This document shows positions 43,191 to 53,119 of a DNA stretch of 64,000 nucleotides, in pieces (the first letter of the stretch is position 1; the number at the start of each line of letters is the position of its first letter). Origin of the DNA: Kiritimatiellia bacterium (GTDB lineage: Bacteria; Verrucomicrobiota; Kiritimatiellia; RFP12; UBA1067); assembly GCA_035353175.1 (NCBI GenBank), contig DAOPZC010000003.1, positions 62,473 to 126,472 of the forward strand. The letters run 5' to 3'. Made by a program: the position numbers and the translations under genes. Below the pieces are notes generated by a model. The model ran no database searches, had not been told where the DNA came from, and saw nothing but the letters and a program-made list of their open reading frames with translations.

Positions 43191-45878
43191 ATGTCGCTTT
43201 ACTCAAAGAACCTGATTTGCGGACGAGCCGTCCGCGTGATGCTCCGCGCCTTCATCTGCGCGGGATGGGCGCTGTTCGCCGGTGCGCGCGAAACGGTCTT
43301 TCGCGTGGATTTCGGCGAAGAGGGCAAGCCCTGCCCGTATGAGAAGGTCGGACGCTTCGAGGGCGCGCTGCCGCCGAAGGTACACGAGAATTTCGCCGCC
43401 TGGAACGCCTCCGTGGCGCGGGCGGAACGCCTCACAGAAAACGGGCGTGCCTTTCTGCGGGTCCACGCGGAAAAGATCGATTCCGCCACGCAGTTCTGGA
43501 TCGACGGGGGAGACATCGCGCTGCCCGGCGTGTTCGAACTGGTCGTGACGGCGCGGCCGCAGGCAGCCACCCTCCAGTTCGGCCTGCGCCAGATCAACGC
43601 GCCCTACCACGGCTTCGGCGGCGCGGACTTCCCGGCCTCCGACGAGTGGAAGGAACGGCGCTTTCTCATCCAGACGCGGGAGCGCTGCGATTCCAAGGTG
43701 GCGCTCTATTTCTACACGGGCGGCGGCGACACGGACATCGCCTCCGTGGAGCTGGCGCGCCTCGGCAAAGAGGAGCTCGCGGCCACGGTACCGCGGCCGG
43801 ACGCCGCGGTGAAGAATTTCTTCCGCAACAGCCGCTTTCCGCTGGGCCTTCCCTGCGGCTGGAACCTCGACCGCGACAGCCGCACGGCCACCTGCGGAGC
43901 GGACGCCGCGCACCCCGGCGCAGGAGGCATCCCCTCGCTGGAGACGAAAGCCGAAAAAGCGTTCACCCTGTACTCTGAACCTTTTCAGACCAACCAGCCG
44001 GACAAACCCCATACCGTCGCGTTCGCATATCAGGGCGAAGGCGCGTGCCGTGTCGACGTGCTGTGCGAAGGCCGCCCCCTCTCCGGCAAAACGCTGGCGC
44101 CTTCGAACAACTGGCAGACGGCAACGCTGGCCTTTGTGCCGCCCGGCGAGGCGCTCTGTTTCTGCCTGCGGTTCACCGGCAACGGGACCTTCCGGCTCGA
44201 TGCCCTGCGCGCGTTCGCCGGCGCGGCGGGTGCCGATTTTTCGGACCGCGCGTGCGAAGTGGCGCTGGCGCCGGGCTCTTCCGAAATCGCCGAGACGCGC
44301 ATCCAGTTCGCAGACGAGCCCGCCGAGGTGCGCTTCTGCGTGACGGGCGAGGCAGGCGGCGCGGTGTTGAAAAGCTGCGTGACGGACCTTTACGGGAAAA
44401 GCGTGCCGCTGGCGGACCGCCCCGTCCCGGCCGGCGCGAAGCGGTTCGAAGGCGCACTGCGGTTCGACGTCTTTCCCGCCCGGCCTCTCGGGCAGTTCCG
44501 GCTCGAAGCATGGGTGGAGCGCGACGGCCAGCGCGTCTCGCCGTATAACGAGATCGTGCTGACGCGCTTGGAGCGCCCGGTGTTCTGGGATCAGGACGCG
44601 CCGGACTCGCCCTTCGGCTGCCACTTTATCGCCTCGGCGCCGACCATCCGCATGATGAAGGCCTGCGGCATCAACTGGGCGCGCCTGCACGACGCCGGCA
44701 CAGAATACAGCGGCTGGTGGAACCTGGAGCCCGAAAAGGGCCAGTGGACGTTCATGGACGACGACCTTCAGCGCTACCGCGAAAACAAAATCAAGATCTT
44801 CGCGCAACTGGGAACCACGCCCGCCTGGGCCTCGCACTACGGCGACTTGGGCTGCAAACACATGGGCTACTTCGAGAAATTCCTGCGCCCGAAAAACAAC
44901 GAGGAGTTCAACGCCTACGTGAAGACGTTCGTGGCGCGCTACAAGGGCGTGATCGACGAGTACTTCGTCTGGAACGAACCTTGGGGAAGATGGTGGGAAG
45001 AGGGACAGGACGCGCGGTTCTTCGGCAAGGACGAGGCGAAGAAAGATTTCGCGGAACTCTGCCGCGGCGCCTACCGGACCGTGAAGGCCGTCGACCCGTC
45101 CATCAAGGTCGCCGGCTTCAACTCCACGGGCGGCGGGAGCGGCCGACAGTGGACGGCGGGCGTCCTCGCCGCCGGAGGCATGGCCAACTGCGACATGATC
45201 GACTTCCACCTCTACACCAAGAACGCCACCGCCCTCGCCGACGACAGCGTGGAACAGGCCTATCAGGACGCGGTCGGCGAGATTTTCGCCAAGATCCCGA
45301 ACGCGGGCGATAAGCCGATCTACATGAGCGAAGGGCAGGGCGCCAGCACCGGCTCGTCAGGGGTCGGAAACCGCATGACCGGCCTTTACAAGCGGACCAT
45401 CACTTGGCAGCCGGAAGACGACCTGGCGGACACGGCGCAGAAGAACTGCCGCTACACGGTCAGCCTCCTGGCGCAAAAGGTCGCCAAGATATTTCTCTAC
45501 ACGGCGCACGGCTACACCTCGCTCGCCCAGGCGCCAAGCTTCACGGTGCTGCTGGGCGCGGACGGCTACCCGCATCCGGGCCTGGCCGCCTACGCCCACC
45601 TCACGCATTCGCTGGAGGGCAAGCGTTTCGAGAGGAAAGTCGCGCTGGGCGAGAACCGCTTCGCCTATCTCTTCAAGGGACGCGGCGGAACCTGCGCGGT
45701 GCTCTGCGGCGGACGCGAAGCCAAGTTGCCGTTCATCCAAGACCCCGCGATCCGCTGGACCGATCTTTACGGCAATCCGCCGTCCGACGCCGCCACGCTT
45801 CCCGGCACGATGCGCTACGCGGCGAGCGCGCTCTCGCCGGAGGAACTGGCGAAGCGTTTGGTGGCGATCCCGCAGTAA
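43191..45878 (+). CDS. secreted putative glycoside hydrolase (clan GH-A-like TIM barrel) with N-terminal beta-sandwich domains
   Basis: Shine-Dalgarno GAGAGGA; signal peptide. In the C-terminal half, WARLHDAGTEYSGWWNLEPEKGQW, then KIFAQLGTTPAW, then EYFVWNEPWG (an NEP catalytic-acid-type motif of GH-A families such as GH5/GH39). Confidence 0.7.
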   Translation: MSLYSKNLICGRAVRVMLRAFICAGWALFAGARETVFRVDFGEEGKPCPYEKVGRFEGALPPKVHENFAAWNASVARAERLTENGRAFLRVHAEKIDSATQFWIDGGDIALPGVFELVVTARPQAATLQFGLRQINAPYHGFGGADFPASDEWKERRFLIQTRERCDSKVALYFYTGGGDTDIASVELARLGKEELAATVPRPDAAVKNFFRNSRFPLGLPCGWNLDRDSRTATCGADAAHPGAGGIPSLETKAEKAFTLYSEPFQTNQPDKPHTVAFAYQGEGACRVDVLCEGRPLSGKTLAPSNNWQTATLAFVPPGEALCFCLRFTGNGTFRLDALRAFAGAAGADFSDRACEVALAPGSSEIAETRIQFADEPAEVRFCVTGEAGGAVLKSCVTDLYGKSVPLADRPVPAGAKRFEGALRFDVFPARPLGQFRLEAWVERDGQRVSPYNEIVLTRLERPVFWDQDAPDSPFGCHFIASAPTIRMMKACGINWARLHDAGTEYSGWWNLEPEKGQWTFMDDDLQRYRENKIKIFAQLGTTPAWASHYGDLGCKHMGYFEKFLRPKNNEEFNAYVKTFVARYKGVIDEYFVWNEPWGRWWEEGQDARFFGKDEAKKDFAELCRGAYRTVKAVDPSIKVAGFNSTGGGSGRQWTAGVLAAGGMANCDMIDFHLYTKNATALADDSVEQAYQDAVGEIFAKIPNAGDKPIYMSEGQGASTGSSGVGNRMTGLYKRTITWQPEDDLADTAQKNCRYTVSLLAQKVAKIFLYTAHGYTSLAQAPSFTVLLGADGYPHPGLAAYAHLTHSLEGKRFERKVALGENRFAYLFKGRGGTCAVLCGGREAKLPFIQDPAIRWTDLYGNPPSDAATLPGTMRYAASALSPEELAKRLVAIPQ

Positions 45879-45930
45879 CGGCTCTGTCAGCCTGTCCCGC
45901 GAACATGACCGCCGCGAACAACATGCGTTC

Positions 45931-47799
45931 TCAAAAGAGGAAGAATAGTGTGCCTGAAATGATCACTGCGACCCCGTTTCCGGCGGCGTCCAACTGGAGG
46001 TAGATGTTGTTGCCCCTGATCGCGCTCTTTCCCTCGCCCAGCGAGAGACCGGATACGGGTTTCCAGCGCCGGCCGCCGACCACCCGCTCCTGACCGGTCA
46101 AGAAGACGTTGAACAAATCCCGCATCTGCGTCTGGTCGAAACCCAAGACCGGTTCATAAAGCGCAATCGCCATGCCGTCAGTCAGCGCATCGTACCACAG
46201 GGCCACCTCGTCCAGACGGCCAATGAATTTTCCTTCGTTATTGAACTCAAGCGGGTTCGTGTTGCCAAATCCCGTGCCGTGGTTGTAAGTCTGGCTCAGC
46301 TTCAGCACCCCGTCCACAAACTTCTTTGTTGTTCCGTTTGCGGTTGTGCCGCTGCCGTTGTCATAGGCGACGACAACCACATGGTGCCAAGTGCCATCAA
46401 TCTCGTTGCCGGAGGAGAAAAGCCTGTTCTGGTTGAACAGACCGCCGCCGCCAGCCGTATCGTACCGGACTCCGATGTTGATACTGCTGCTGTCGCGGTC
46501 GACGAGCCACCCGTTGTGTACGGCGTTCTCGTCGCTTTTCCTGAGAAAGCGGGACCAGCTCGGGGTGTTGGTATACATTTTCACCCAAAAACTCAGCGTC
46601 ATGGCGTCGTTGACCGCCAGCGTCTGGCTGTTGGGCACGCTGATCTGGGCGAGAGTGTCGCCCCCCCCGAAGAAGGCCGCCGCTCGTCCGGTCCCGGTCG
46701 GGGTGTCATTGGTGAACGCCACGTTGGACTCGACCGTGCCGTCGTTGCCGAAGCCGGAACGGTCTGAGGCGTCCTCGCCGTCGAAGGTCCAGTAACCGAC
46801 GAGATCGACCGCGGTGGTGGCAAGGTTGGTCGAGGCCACGCCTTTGCCGGCGGCGTCAAGCTGCAGGTAGTATTCGTTGCGGTTGGTCCACACGAAGCTC
46901 TGACCCTCGCCCAACAGCAGGTTGCTTACCGCGTGCCATTGCCGCTCGCCAATCGTGGCCGGCACGCCGCTGGTGTAGACGTTGAACAGGGTCTGCATCT
47001 GCGTCACATCGTACCCGCAGATCGGGCGATAGAGCGCGGTCGCCATCCCGTGGTTCAGCGCCGTGTCCCAGACCGCCACGTCATCCATGAGACCATCATA
47101 CTCGCGGGCACCTTCTTGAAAGCTGCGGCCCATGATCAAGTCGGCGGTGTTATCAAATCCACCGGTGTGGAAATACGCGCCGTTGTTGACTGCGCGCACA
47201 CCGTTCAGCCAGACGTTGGCCTTCCCGTTATTCAAAGAGAAGACGATGTGGTTCCACGCGCCGTTCCAAGCCGAGCCGATGGCTGTCGATTGGTTGTTGG
47301 TGGCCGTGTCGATTCGGAGCACGGCGGTGGCGCCGGCATTGTTGCGCTGGATCTCGAACCCGTGCGAGCCCCCGTTATCCTTGTTGATGACGCGCAGCCA
47401 AGGGCTCGGGTCTGCCGCGTTCGCCTTCATCCAGAAGGACACGGTGACCGTTCCTCCGGTGAATGAAAGGGAATCGGCATGGGGGATCTGAACATACGAC
47501 CCGGTGTTGTCGACCCCGTTAAACGAAATCGAGCGCGTCGAGGGGATTGTCGCGGGCACATCGCCGGTGAAGACGGGGCCGTTGACCAGCGCCCCGTCGT
47601 TGCCGTAACCGGAACCGTCCGACGCGTCGTCGGTCTCGAAGGCCCAATAGCCGACAAGATCAGCCGCGGCTTGGCTTGCGGTGAGCAGTGTGAGGCAGAG
47701 AAGGCCGGCGACAGCCCTACACCCCGGCCCCTGATGCGCCTTCACGGCTTGGGAAGAGGAAGAGACCCTACACGCACTGTGGTGATGTCGTTCGAACAT
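45931..47799 (-). CDS. secreted protein with two tandem LamG/concanavalin-A-like lectin domains
   Basis: Shine-Dalgarno AAGGAAGGAG. Two ~280-aa repeats, each starting DLVGYW(A/T)F(E/D)(T/G)(D/E)DASD.SG.GNDG and containing ...FW(M/V)K...WNH.V... and ...DDVAVWD / DEVALWYDALT, the LamG (laminin-G/pentraxin-like) signature. Confidence 0.75.
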   Translation of the reverse strand: MFERHHHSACRVSSSSQAVKAHQGPGCRAVAGLLCLTLLTASQAAADLVGYWAFETDDASDGSGYGNDGALVNGPVFTGDVPATIPSTRSISFNGVDNTGSYVQIPHADSLSFTGGTVTVSFWMKANAADPSPWLRVINKDNGGSHGFEIQRNNAGATAVLRIDTATNNQSTAIGSAWNGAWNHIVFSLNNGKANVWLNGVRAVNNGAYFHTGGFDNTADLIMGRSFQEGAREYDGLMDDVAVWDTALNHGMATALYRPICGYDVTQMQTLFNVYTSGVPATIGERQWHAVSNLLLGEGQSFVWTNRNEYYLQLDAAGKGVASTNLATTAVDLVGYWTFDGEDASDRSGFGNDGTVESNVAFTNDTPTGTGRAAAFFGGGDTLAQISVPNSQTLAVNDAMTLSFWVKMYTNTPSWSRFLRKSDENAVHNGWLVDRDSSSINIGVRYDTAGGGGLFNQNRLFSSGNEIDGTWHHVVVVAYDNGSGTTANGTTKKFVDGVLKLSQTYNHGTGFGNTNPLEFNNEGKFIGRLDEVALWYDALTDGMAIALYEPVLGFDQTQMRDLFNVFLTGQERVVGGRRWKPVSGLSLGEGKSAIRGNNIYLQLDAAGNGVAVIISGTLFFLF

Positions 47800-48224
47800 T
47801 GCGATTACTCCTTCCTTAGTCCGTGCGTTCCGAACCTAATACATCGCCATTTTAAGGCTTCCGGCGTATGCCGTCAATGCTGGGGGTTGCTGAGGGTCGC
47901 GGCAGAGGGTTGCGAGGACGGGCGCATCCTTGAGTCAGGCGGCTGATGCCCCGTCCATAGGGAGTCGATCAAGATAAGCGTGTTGGAATAGGAGCATCGA
48001 AATCGGCATCGGGATCGAATACCTTGCGATTCAATCACGATAGGAACCACGCTGGACTGCTCAAAATGGACGATTCCGATCCCGATATCGATAGCGATTT
48101 GGAGGGAGAGAAGACTGTCGGCATGGGCTGGCTAAGGAAAGAGAGAGGACGGAGTTGCCGAAACCAGAAAACAGAAATCAGTTCAGGCGCATGGTCCTCG
48201 AACGCTGAGACGCGAAACCGGCAG

Positions 48225-48245
48225 GGCGGTCTCGCCGAGACCGCC
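48225..48245 (-). terminator. candidate terminator hairpin downstream of the LVIVD-repeat gene
   Basis: GGCGGTCTCG/CGAGACCGCC is a near-perfect palindrome ~100 nt after the stop at 48341. The following U-tract is weak (GGTTTCG). Confidence 0.35.
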
Positions 48246-48340
48246 GCCGAGACGCACGCCCGCTTGTCGTTCACCAACCCCCAGCTCCGAAGCATGATCC
48301 CGTTCCCCATTCTGCAGTTGTGCGGACGCCACACCTATTT

Positions 48341-50440
48341 CTATTTCTGCAGCAGCACGCCGGCGTAACCGCAAGGGATCACCACCTTGCCGGCGTGGAA
48401 ATCGGCGATGTCCGGATTGCCGGAGAATTTCCAAGCGGTCAGCAGCGCGGGACGCTCGGCATCCGTGAAATCGTAAAGCGCGGCGCGACGGTCGATGCGG
48501 CTGGTGAAGACCACCCGCTTGCCATCCGAACGCGGAATGCCGTTGATCGCGCCACGCCCTCCGTCGCCCGGGAACGCCGCCGGCAGCTTGAAGAATTTCC
48601 ATGTGCTTCCGTCCGCCGGGTCGCCTTCGCCAGGCCGGAGCAGCACGTAACTGCCGTGCGCGCTGGCGATGGACAGCCCGTCGCGGAAGGTGCAGATCCC
48701 ATTCGAAAGGCTCAGCCGGTTCACCGTCGTCTCAACGCTTTGCCGCGGCGCGGGAAGGGCGGAGAGGTCAAACCACTTGACGGAGGTGTTGGCGTTGTTG
48801 AACGCGAAATGACGTCCGTCGGGCGAACCGTCCGCGAGGTACTTGTCCCACCCCGGACACGATCCGCTGTGGAGCGCGTGCTTGAACTCCGGCAACGTCC
48901 GGACGTCATACAGCTCGAACCCGCGCCGGTCGGAGCAGAACAGCCAACCCGGCACGGCCGGCTGGACGTAAAGCGCCAGGTTCTTTTCACCGGAGATTCT
49001 CGGCAGGCGCGCGACTTCCTTGAAGCGCGCCGCGCCGTCCAGCTCGTACACGCCGAAGCCGTCATGTCCTTCGGCCGTGTACAGGCGGTCCCCTGCCACC
49101 TTCACATCGAACACCTGGTCGTGCCCCGGCAGTTTGGCGAGCTCCTTGAGCCCGCCGTTGTTCGGCAGAATCTGCAGGGCATAAAGCCCCGCGTCGCCGC
49201 AGGCGGCGTAGACCACATCGCCCCTCACCGCGACGCCGCGCGCCTGGCCGACGTCGCGCGGCTTCCACACGTGCCAGGCGGACGCGTCCACGGAATACGG
49301 TTCGCGGGAGGACGCGTTTTGGGGCGGCGCGCCGCGGTCGAACGGCTCCGCCTTCGCGCGCGGACACGGAATCGCGAATACGCCCGCGCCGTTCACGGCC
49401 GCGTACACGACGCCGTCGGCCACAGCCAGGGATCCGACGCAATCGCTCGGCCACTCCGGATGCTTCGGGTTCGGCGAAACCCAGCGGTCGAGCGTGCGGG
49501 GATTGGCTTTGTCCGAGATGTCCACGGCGAACACGCCGTTGTGCGTCTGGGCGGCGACCAGCAGGTCGCCGGACGTGCGGGGCGTCCACATGTCGAGCCC
49601 GCGCGCGTAGAACGGCGGATAGTCCACGCGGCCGACGCGTTTCGGATGCGCCGGGTCCGCGACGTCATAAATATCGAGCCCGTGCCCCATGCCGCCGCCG
49701 TCGGCGGGGCCGCCGAAACGTTTCATCTCGGAGGTTATCACGCCGCCTGACACCTTGCGGTGCTTGGAATGGTGTCCCGTAGCGGCGTACAGGTACTTGC
49801 CCTGCAGCCACACGCCGTCACCGTAACCGTAGAGTTCCACATGGTCGGTCTGGCGGATGGCCTTCATATCGTGCGCGTCGAAGACGGTGACGTACGCCGA
49901 TCCCCAGTCGCCGGAATAAAGCCACCCGTCGCGGTAGACGACGCTTTGGGACTCGTCCGTCTTACGCATCGCGATATGGCGCGGATGGTCCGGATCGGAA
50001 ACGTCGATGAACTCCACACCGTTCTGGCGCTGCCCGAGGAAGCAGACGTCGCCCGCGACGTCCACGCCGGTCGCGAGTTCGCAGCAGTCGAAACGGGAAC
50101 GGATACGCGGCTTTTGCGGCTTCGTCGCGTCGACGATCCACAGTCCGTATTCGCGCGTGGAGACATACGCCATCCCCTTTTGCACGGCGATCTGTCGGAC
50201 TCCGCCCAAGCCGTCCACCTCGCCGAGTTTCTGCGGCGCAAGCGGTTTCGAAACGTCGTAGACAGACAAACACGAGCCTGCGCCCGCATACAGCTTATCG
50301 CCCTCGAGGCACAGCGCCATCGCCTTGTCGCCGATTCCTTCCACCCGGAACGCCGCGCCGAAAACTTTTACGTCTTCGGCCTTCGCCACCGCCAAAAACG
50401 CCACCGCGAACGAAATCAAAAACGCCACCACTGTCTTCAT
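48341..50440 (-). CDS. secreted LVIVD-repeat beta-propeller protein
   Basis: Shine-Dalgarno AAGGAGG; signal peptide. Repeated blades of the LVIVD type (G.AYVS..E.GLWIVDATKPQKP; DIYDVADPAHP; GVFAVDISDKANP; GFELYDVRTLPE). Confidence 0.75.
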   Translation of the reverse strand: MKTVVAFLISFAVAFLAVAKAEDVKVFGAAFRVEGIGDKAMALCLEGDKLYAGAGSCLSVYDVSKPLAPQKLGEVDGLGGVRQIAVQKGMAYVSTREYGLWIVDATKPQKPRIRSRFDCCELATGVDVAGDVCFLGQRQNGVEFIDVSDPDHPRHIAMRKTDESQSVVYRDGWLYSGDWGSAYVTVFDAHDMKAIRQTDHVELYGYGDGVWLQGKYLYAATGHHSKHRKVSGGVITSEMKRFGGPADGGGMGHGLDIYDVADPAHPKRVGRVDYPPFYARGLDMWTPRTSGDLLVAAQTHNGVFAVDISDKANPRTLDRWVSPNPKHPEWPSDCVGSLAVADGVVYAAVNGAGVFAIPCPRAKAEPFDRGAPPQNASSREPYSVDASAWHVWKPRDVGQARGVAVRGDVVYAACGDAGLYALQILPNNGGLKELAKLPGHDQVFDVKVAGDRLYTAEGHDGFGVYELDGAARFKEVARLPRISGEKNLALYVQPAVPGWLFCSDRRGFELYDVRTLPEFKHALHSGSCPGWDKYLADGSPDGRHFAFNNANTSVKWFDLSALPAPRQSVETTVNRLSLSNGICTFRDGLSIASAHGSYVLLRPGEGDPADGSTWKFFKLPAAFPGDGGRGAINGIPRSDGKRVVFTSRIDRRAALYDFTDAERPALLTAWKFSGNPDIADFHAGKVVIPCGYAGVLLQK

Positions 50441-50482
50441 TGTTCTTCCTCCTTACCGCACACCTGACACCCCGTCATTCCA

Positions 50483-52930
50483 TCATCGTTTCGCGGCCTG
50501 CTGCTGCCGAAGCGTCCCGAGCTCTTGCCGGAACCGTTCGAAGAACAAGTCCGCGCGCTTGTTTTCGTCGGCCCACTTCTCGCTGTTGCCGATGAAATAG
50601 AGCCGCGTCCGGCACGCGTCGATCGTGTCTTTGAACTGCGTGGCGTCGCGGGCGAGCACGTCGCCGCTGAACACCTCCACCACGTCGGCCTTGCGCCGCA
50701 GGCTGAACGTGCGCTCGCCGGCCGCGCGCGTGTGGATCGCCAGAAAACTCTTGTCGGCGTAAACGATCTCGTCGGCGTCGCAGAAAAGATGGCAGCCGGC
50801 GCGGCGGGCGATGCCGCGCAGGAGATCGGCGGGCGCCACCACCGACCCGATCCAGATGTCCGTGGCCTTCGAGGTGCAGCGCCTGACCATGGCGGGCTGG
50901 CCGCCCTCTTCGAAACGCGCGAGGACCTCTCCCTCCTCCGACCCGTAGAACCGTTCCGGCAGGTCGCGCGCGGCAGGAACTTGCTGTTTGACGGCCCCGC
51001 TCGCGGGATCAGTCACCCATTCCGGCCGCTCGAAGCTGCCGAAAGCCCGCTGGGGATCGAACCCCTCGAAGGCGCGCGCCCCGGCCTCGGTCAGCTTCAT
51101 GTTCAGCTTGCGCCGCTGGCCCGCCTCGGAATTCAGCGTGAAGCCCAGCAGATCCTTCGTGTATGCGACATCCCGCTCGGGAACCCGGTCCGGATTGAAC
51201 ACGCCGGGCGCGAACATCCACACCAGCACCGCCCCTCGGCGGCGCAGCCGTTTCTCAATCAGCCGGCGCTCGGCATCGCTCAGGCTGAAACAGTTGAGCA
51301 TCAGATACAGCTTGTAGCGCTTTGCATCGCTTGCGAGGATGTCGTCCAGCTCGTAGTAGTCCACCGGCGCGCCCAGGCGGCACGTCTCCTGCACCTTGAA
51401 CGCGTCGATCAGCGACGTCGTGACCGGCCAGGGAGGTCCGGTCAGGATGCTGTCGAGGTCCACCACGGCCGCGATATCCGTATCGCTTGTCCGGTCAAAG
51501 CCCATCGCGGCTTCGCCGCAGTGCTGCATGCGGTCGAACAGCGCGAGGACCGGCTCGTGGTGATACCACTCCTTGCCCATCTGGAACCACCAGCCGTTGC
51601 CGCCCTCGCAGAGCTGATGGGCGAACTCGCGCTGCAGGCAGGCCTGCGTTTCTTCGAGGCTCGGCGGCCGGCCGTACATTGAAGGATTGCCCGGCGCCGG
51701 CTCGGAGAAGTTGGTGCGGATGTCCGACTCGCTGATCCAAAGCTTGCCGTGCTGCTTGAGGCTGGCCATAAGGAAGCGGATGCAGGCGTGCTCGCCGGGG
51801 CCGCGGCGGTTGTACTGGGGCGGGCCCGACCAGAAGTCCACGTCCGGCGAGCGCAGCAGCTCTTTCAGGGTCGCCTGGCCGCCTTCGAGCAACCAGTGAT
51901 TCTGCAAGTAACCGTGGAACATGCCGACCAGCTGCTCGCGGTTGCAGGCCTGCTTCACGGCGTGCGAAAAGATCAGCAGGCTGTCCTCCATGACCTTGTT
52001 GTGCACATAGTAGTAGTCGCGGTTGCGCTGGCCCTTGTCGGCGCCCCAGAACACGCCCGCCTCGGTGGCTTTGCGGCTGAGCGGATCGGGCGGCAGCGCG
52101 GTATCAAAGTCGACCGCGGGATCGTTCCAGGCCGCTCGCAGCTTGCCGACGTCGCCGCCGTATTTGACGCGCAGATAATTGCGGAACGCCTTCAGCATCG
52201 GCTTGGAGAAGTCCAGGGCATACTTGTCGTGGTCGTAGTCGCCCCAGTAGTACCACTCCTCCGTGCCGCCGCCGCAGATGAAGTAGCCGATGATGTTCTT
52301 CGAATAGGCCGACTGCCGGACATGCGTGACGTAGTTGAAAAGCGCCTCGGCCGTTTTCTGCCGCCACACCCCGGAGGCGAAACTCGGGTAGCCGCGTTCC
52401 TCCAGCGGCCGGTCGGTCATGGCATACCATTTGGTGAAATGGTCGCGGGCGCCGTCGTTGAACGTGAGCGTCTCATCCGGATAGTCGCGCGCAAAGTTCC
52501 GCGGGTTGCAGAGATAGAGCCGCAACAGGATGCGCGCGTTCGGCACGCGCTCAAGGAAACGGGCCAGTTGCCCGTCGAGCCGTTTGAACGTCTCCTCCTG
52601 CTCGCCGGGCCACCCGACGCTGCCGACCATTTCGAAATGGACCGGGAAGTCGCGGTCCGCGATCTGCCCGATCTGCTCCAGCGTTCCCGCGCAGCGCGTG
52701 TAGATCATCGGCCCGTAAGGCTTGCCGTCGATCACAAGGGTCGGCACGCCCTGCACGGGCTTGACCCGCGCGATGGACTGGGGCCGGTCGGTGGGCTGCG
52801 CCTTGAAGGCCGGCAGCCGGGCGTCGCTGCCGGGCAGAAAGCCGACGTCAGAGGCCCGCGCCTCGGCGGCCGCCAGCGCGCATGATAGAAAACACAGGCC
52901 GAAGGAAAAGGGCAACGCATGTTTCTTCAT
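50483..52930 (-). CDS. secreted GH42-like glycoside hydrolase
   Basis: Signal peptide. FSKPMLKAFRNYLRVKYGGDVGKLRAAWND matches the GH42 'A..FR.WL..KYG....LN.AWG' block. WYYWGDYDHD and a TIM-barrel-like N-terminal half. Confidence 0.7.
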   Translation of the reverse strand: MKKHALPFSFGLCFLSCALAAAEARASDVGFLPGSDARLPAFKAQPTDRPQSIARVKPVQGVPTLVIDGKPYGPMIYTRCAGTLEQIGQIADRDFPVHFEMVGSVGWPGEQEETFKRLDGQLARFLERVPNARILLRLYLCNPRNFARDYPDETLTFNDGARDHFTKWYAMTDRPLEERGYPSFASGVWRQKTAEALFNYVTHVRQSAYSKNIIGYFICGGGTEEWYYWGDYDHDKYALDFSKPMLKAFRNYLRVKYGGDVGKLRAAWNDPAVDFDTALPPDPLSRKATEAGVFWGADKGQRNRDYYYVHNKVMEDSLLIFSHAVKQACNREQLVGMFHGYLQNHWLLEGGQATLKELLRSPDVDFWSGPPQYNRRGPGEHACIRFLMASLKQHGKLWISESDIRTNFSEPAPGNPSMYGRPPSLEETQACLQREFAHQLCEGGNGWWFQMGKEWYHHEPVLALFDRMQHCGEAAMGFDRTSDTDIAAVVDLDSILTGPPWPVTTSLIDAFKVQETCRLGAPVDYYELDDILASDAKRYKLYLMLNCFSLSDAERRLIEKRLRRRGAVLVWMFAPGVFNPDRVPERDVAYTKDLLGFTLNSEAGQRRKLNMKLTEAGARAFEGFDPQRAFGSFERPEWVTDPASGAVKQQVPAARDLPERFYGSEEGEVLARFEEGGQPAMVRRCTSKATDIWIGSVVAPADLLRGIARRAGCHLFCDADEIVYADKSFLAIHTRAAGERTFSLRRKADVVEVFSGDVLARDATQFKDTIDACRTRLYFIGNSEKWADENKRADLFFERFRQELGTLRQQQAAKR

Positions 52931-52995
52931 AGGAGGATGTCTTGGCAGAAGGACCCTGCAACCAGAGCGTTTTTACAAATTGTGTAGCCTATGTT

Positions 52996-53065
52996 CGGCT
53001 CGACGCAGCCTCGCCCTCCATGTAAAAACGGTCGAATTTCTGGAGGGCGAGGCTGCGCCGAGCCG
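52996..53065. repeat. long near-perfect inverted repeat (25-bp stem, 20-nt loop)
   Basis: Left arm CGGCTCGACGCAGCCTCGCCCTCCA (52996-53020), loop tgtaaaaacggtcgaatttc, right arm TGGAGGGCGAGGCTGCGCCGAGCCG (53041-53065); 24/25 complementary. It lies in the 190-bp spacer between two minus-strand genes. Confidence 0.6.
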
Positions 53066-53119
53066 TTTCGCAAGGGACGCACCGTTCAAACAAACAGCCG
53101 CAAAATAAGTTAACCCGCT

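Noticed and set aside
43203-45209. 668-aa minus-strand ORF, with similar long antisense ORFs at 53231-55393, 59237-60571 and 11186-12967
   Set aside because: These lie opposite well-supported secreted hydrolase genes. They are Arg/Ala/Gly-rich with no motifs and no ribosome-binding sites.
48024-48368. 114-aa plus-strand ORF and 99-aa minus-strand ORF in the LamG/LVIVD spacer
   Set aside because: Neither has a ribosome-binding site or any recognisable motif. The plus ORF overlaps the 3' end of the LVIVD gene.
52996-53065. Considered as an IS/MITE with terminal inverted repeats
   Set aside because: The two 25-bp arms are separated by only 20 nt, so the whole element is ~70 bp with no internal ORF. 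No target-site duplication is evident and there is no transposase in the window. Reported as a hairpin/REP-like element instead.
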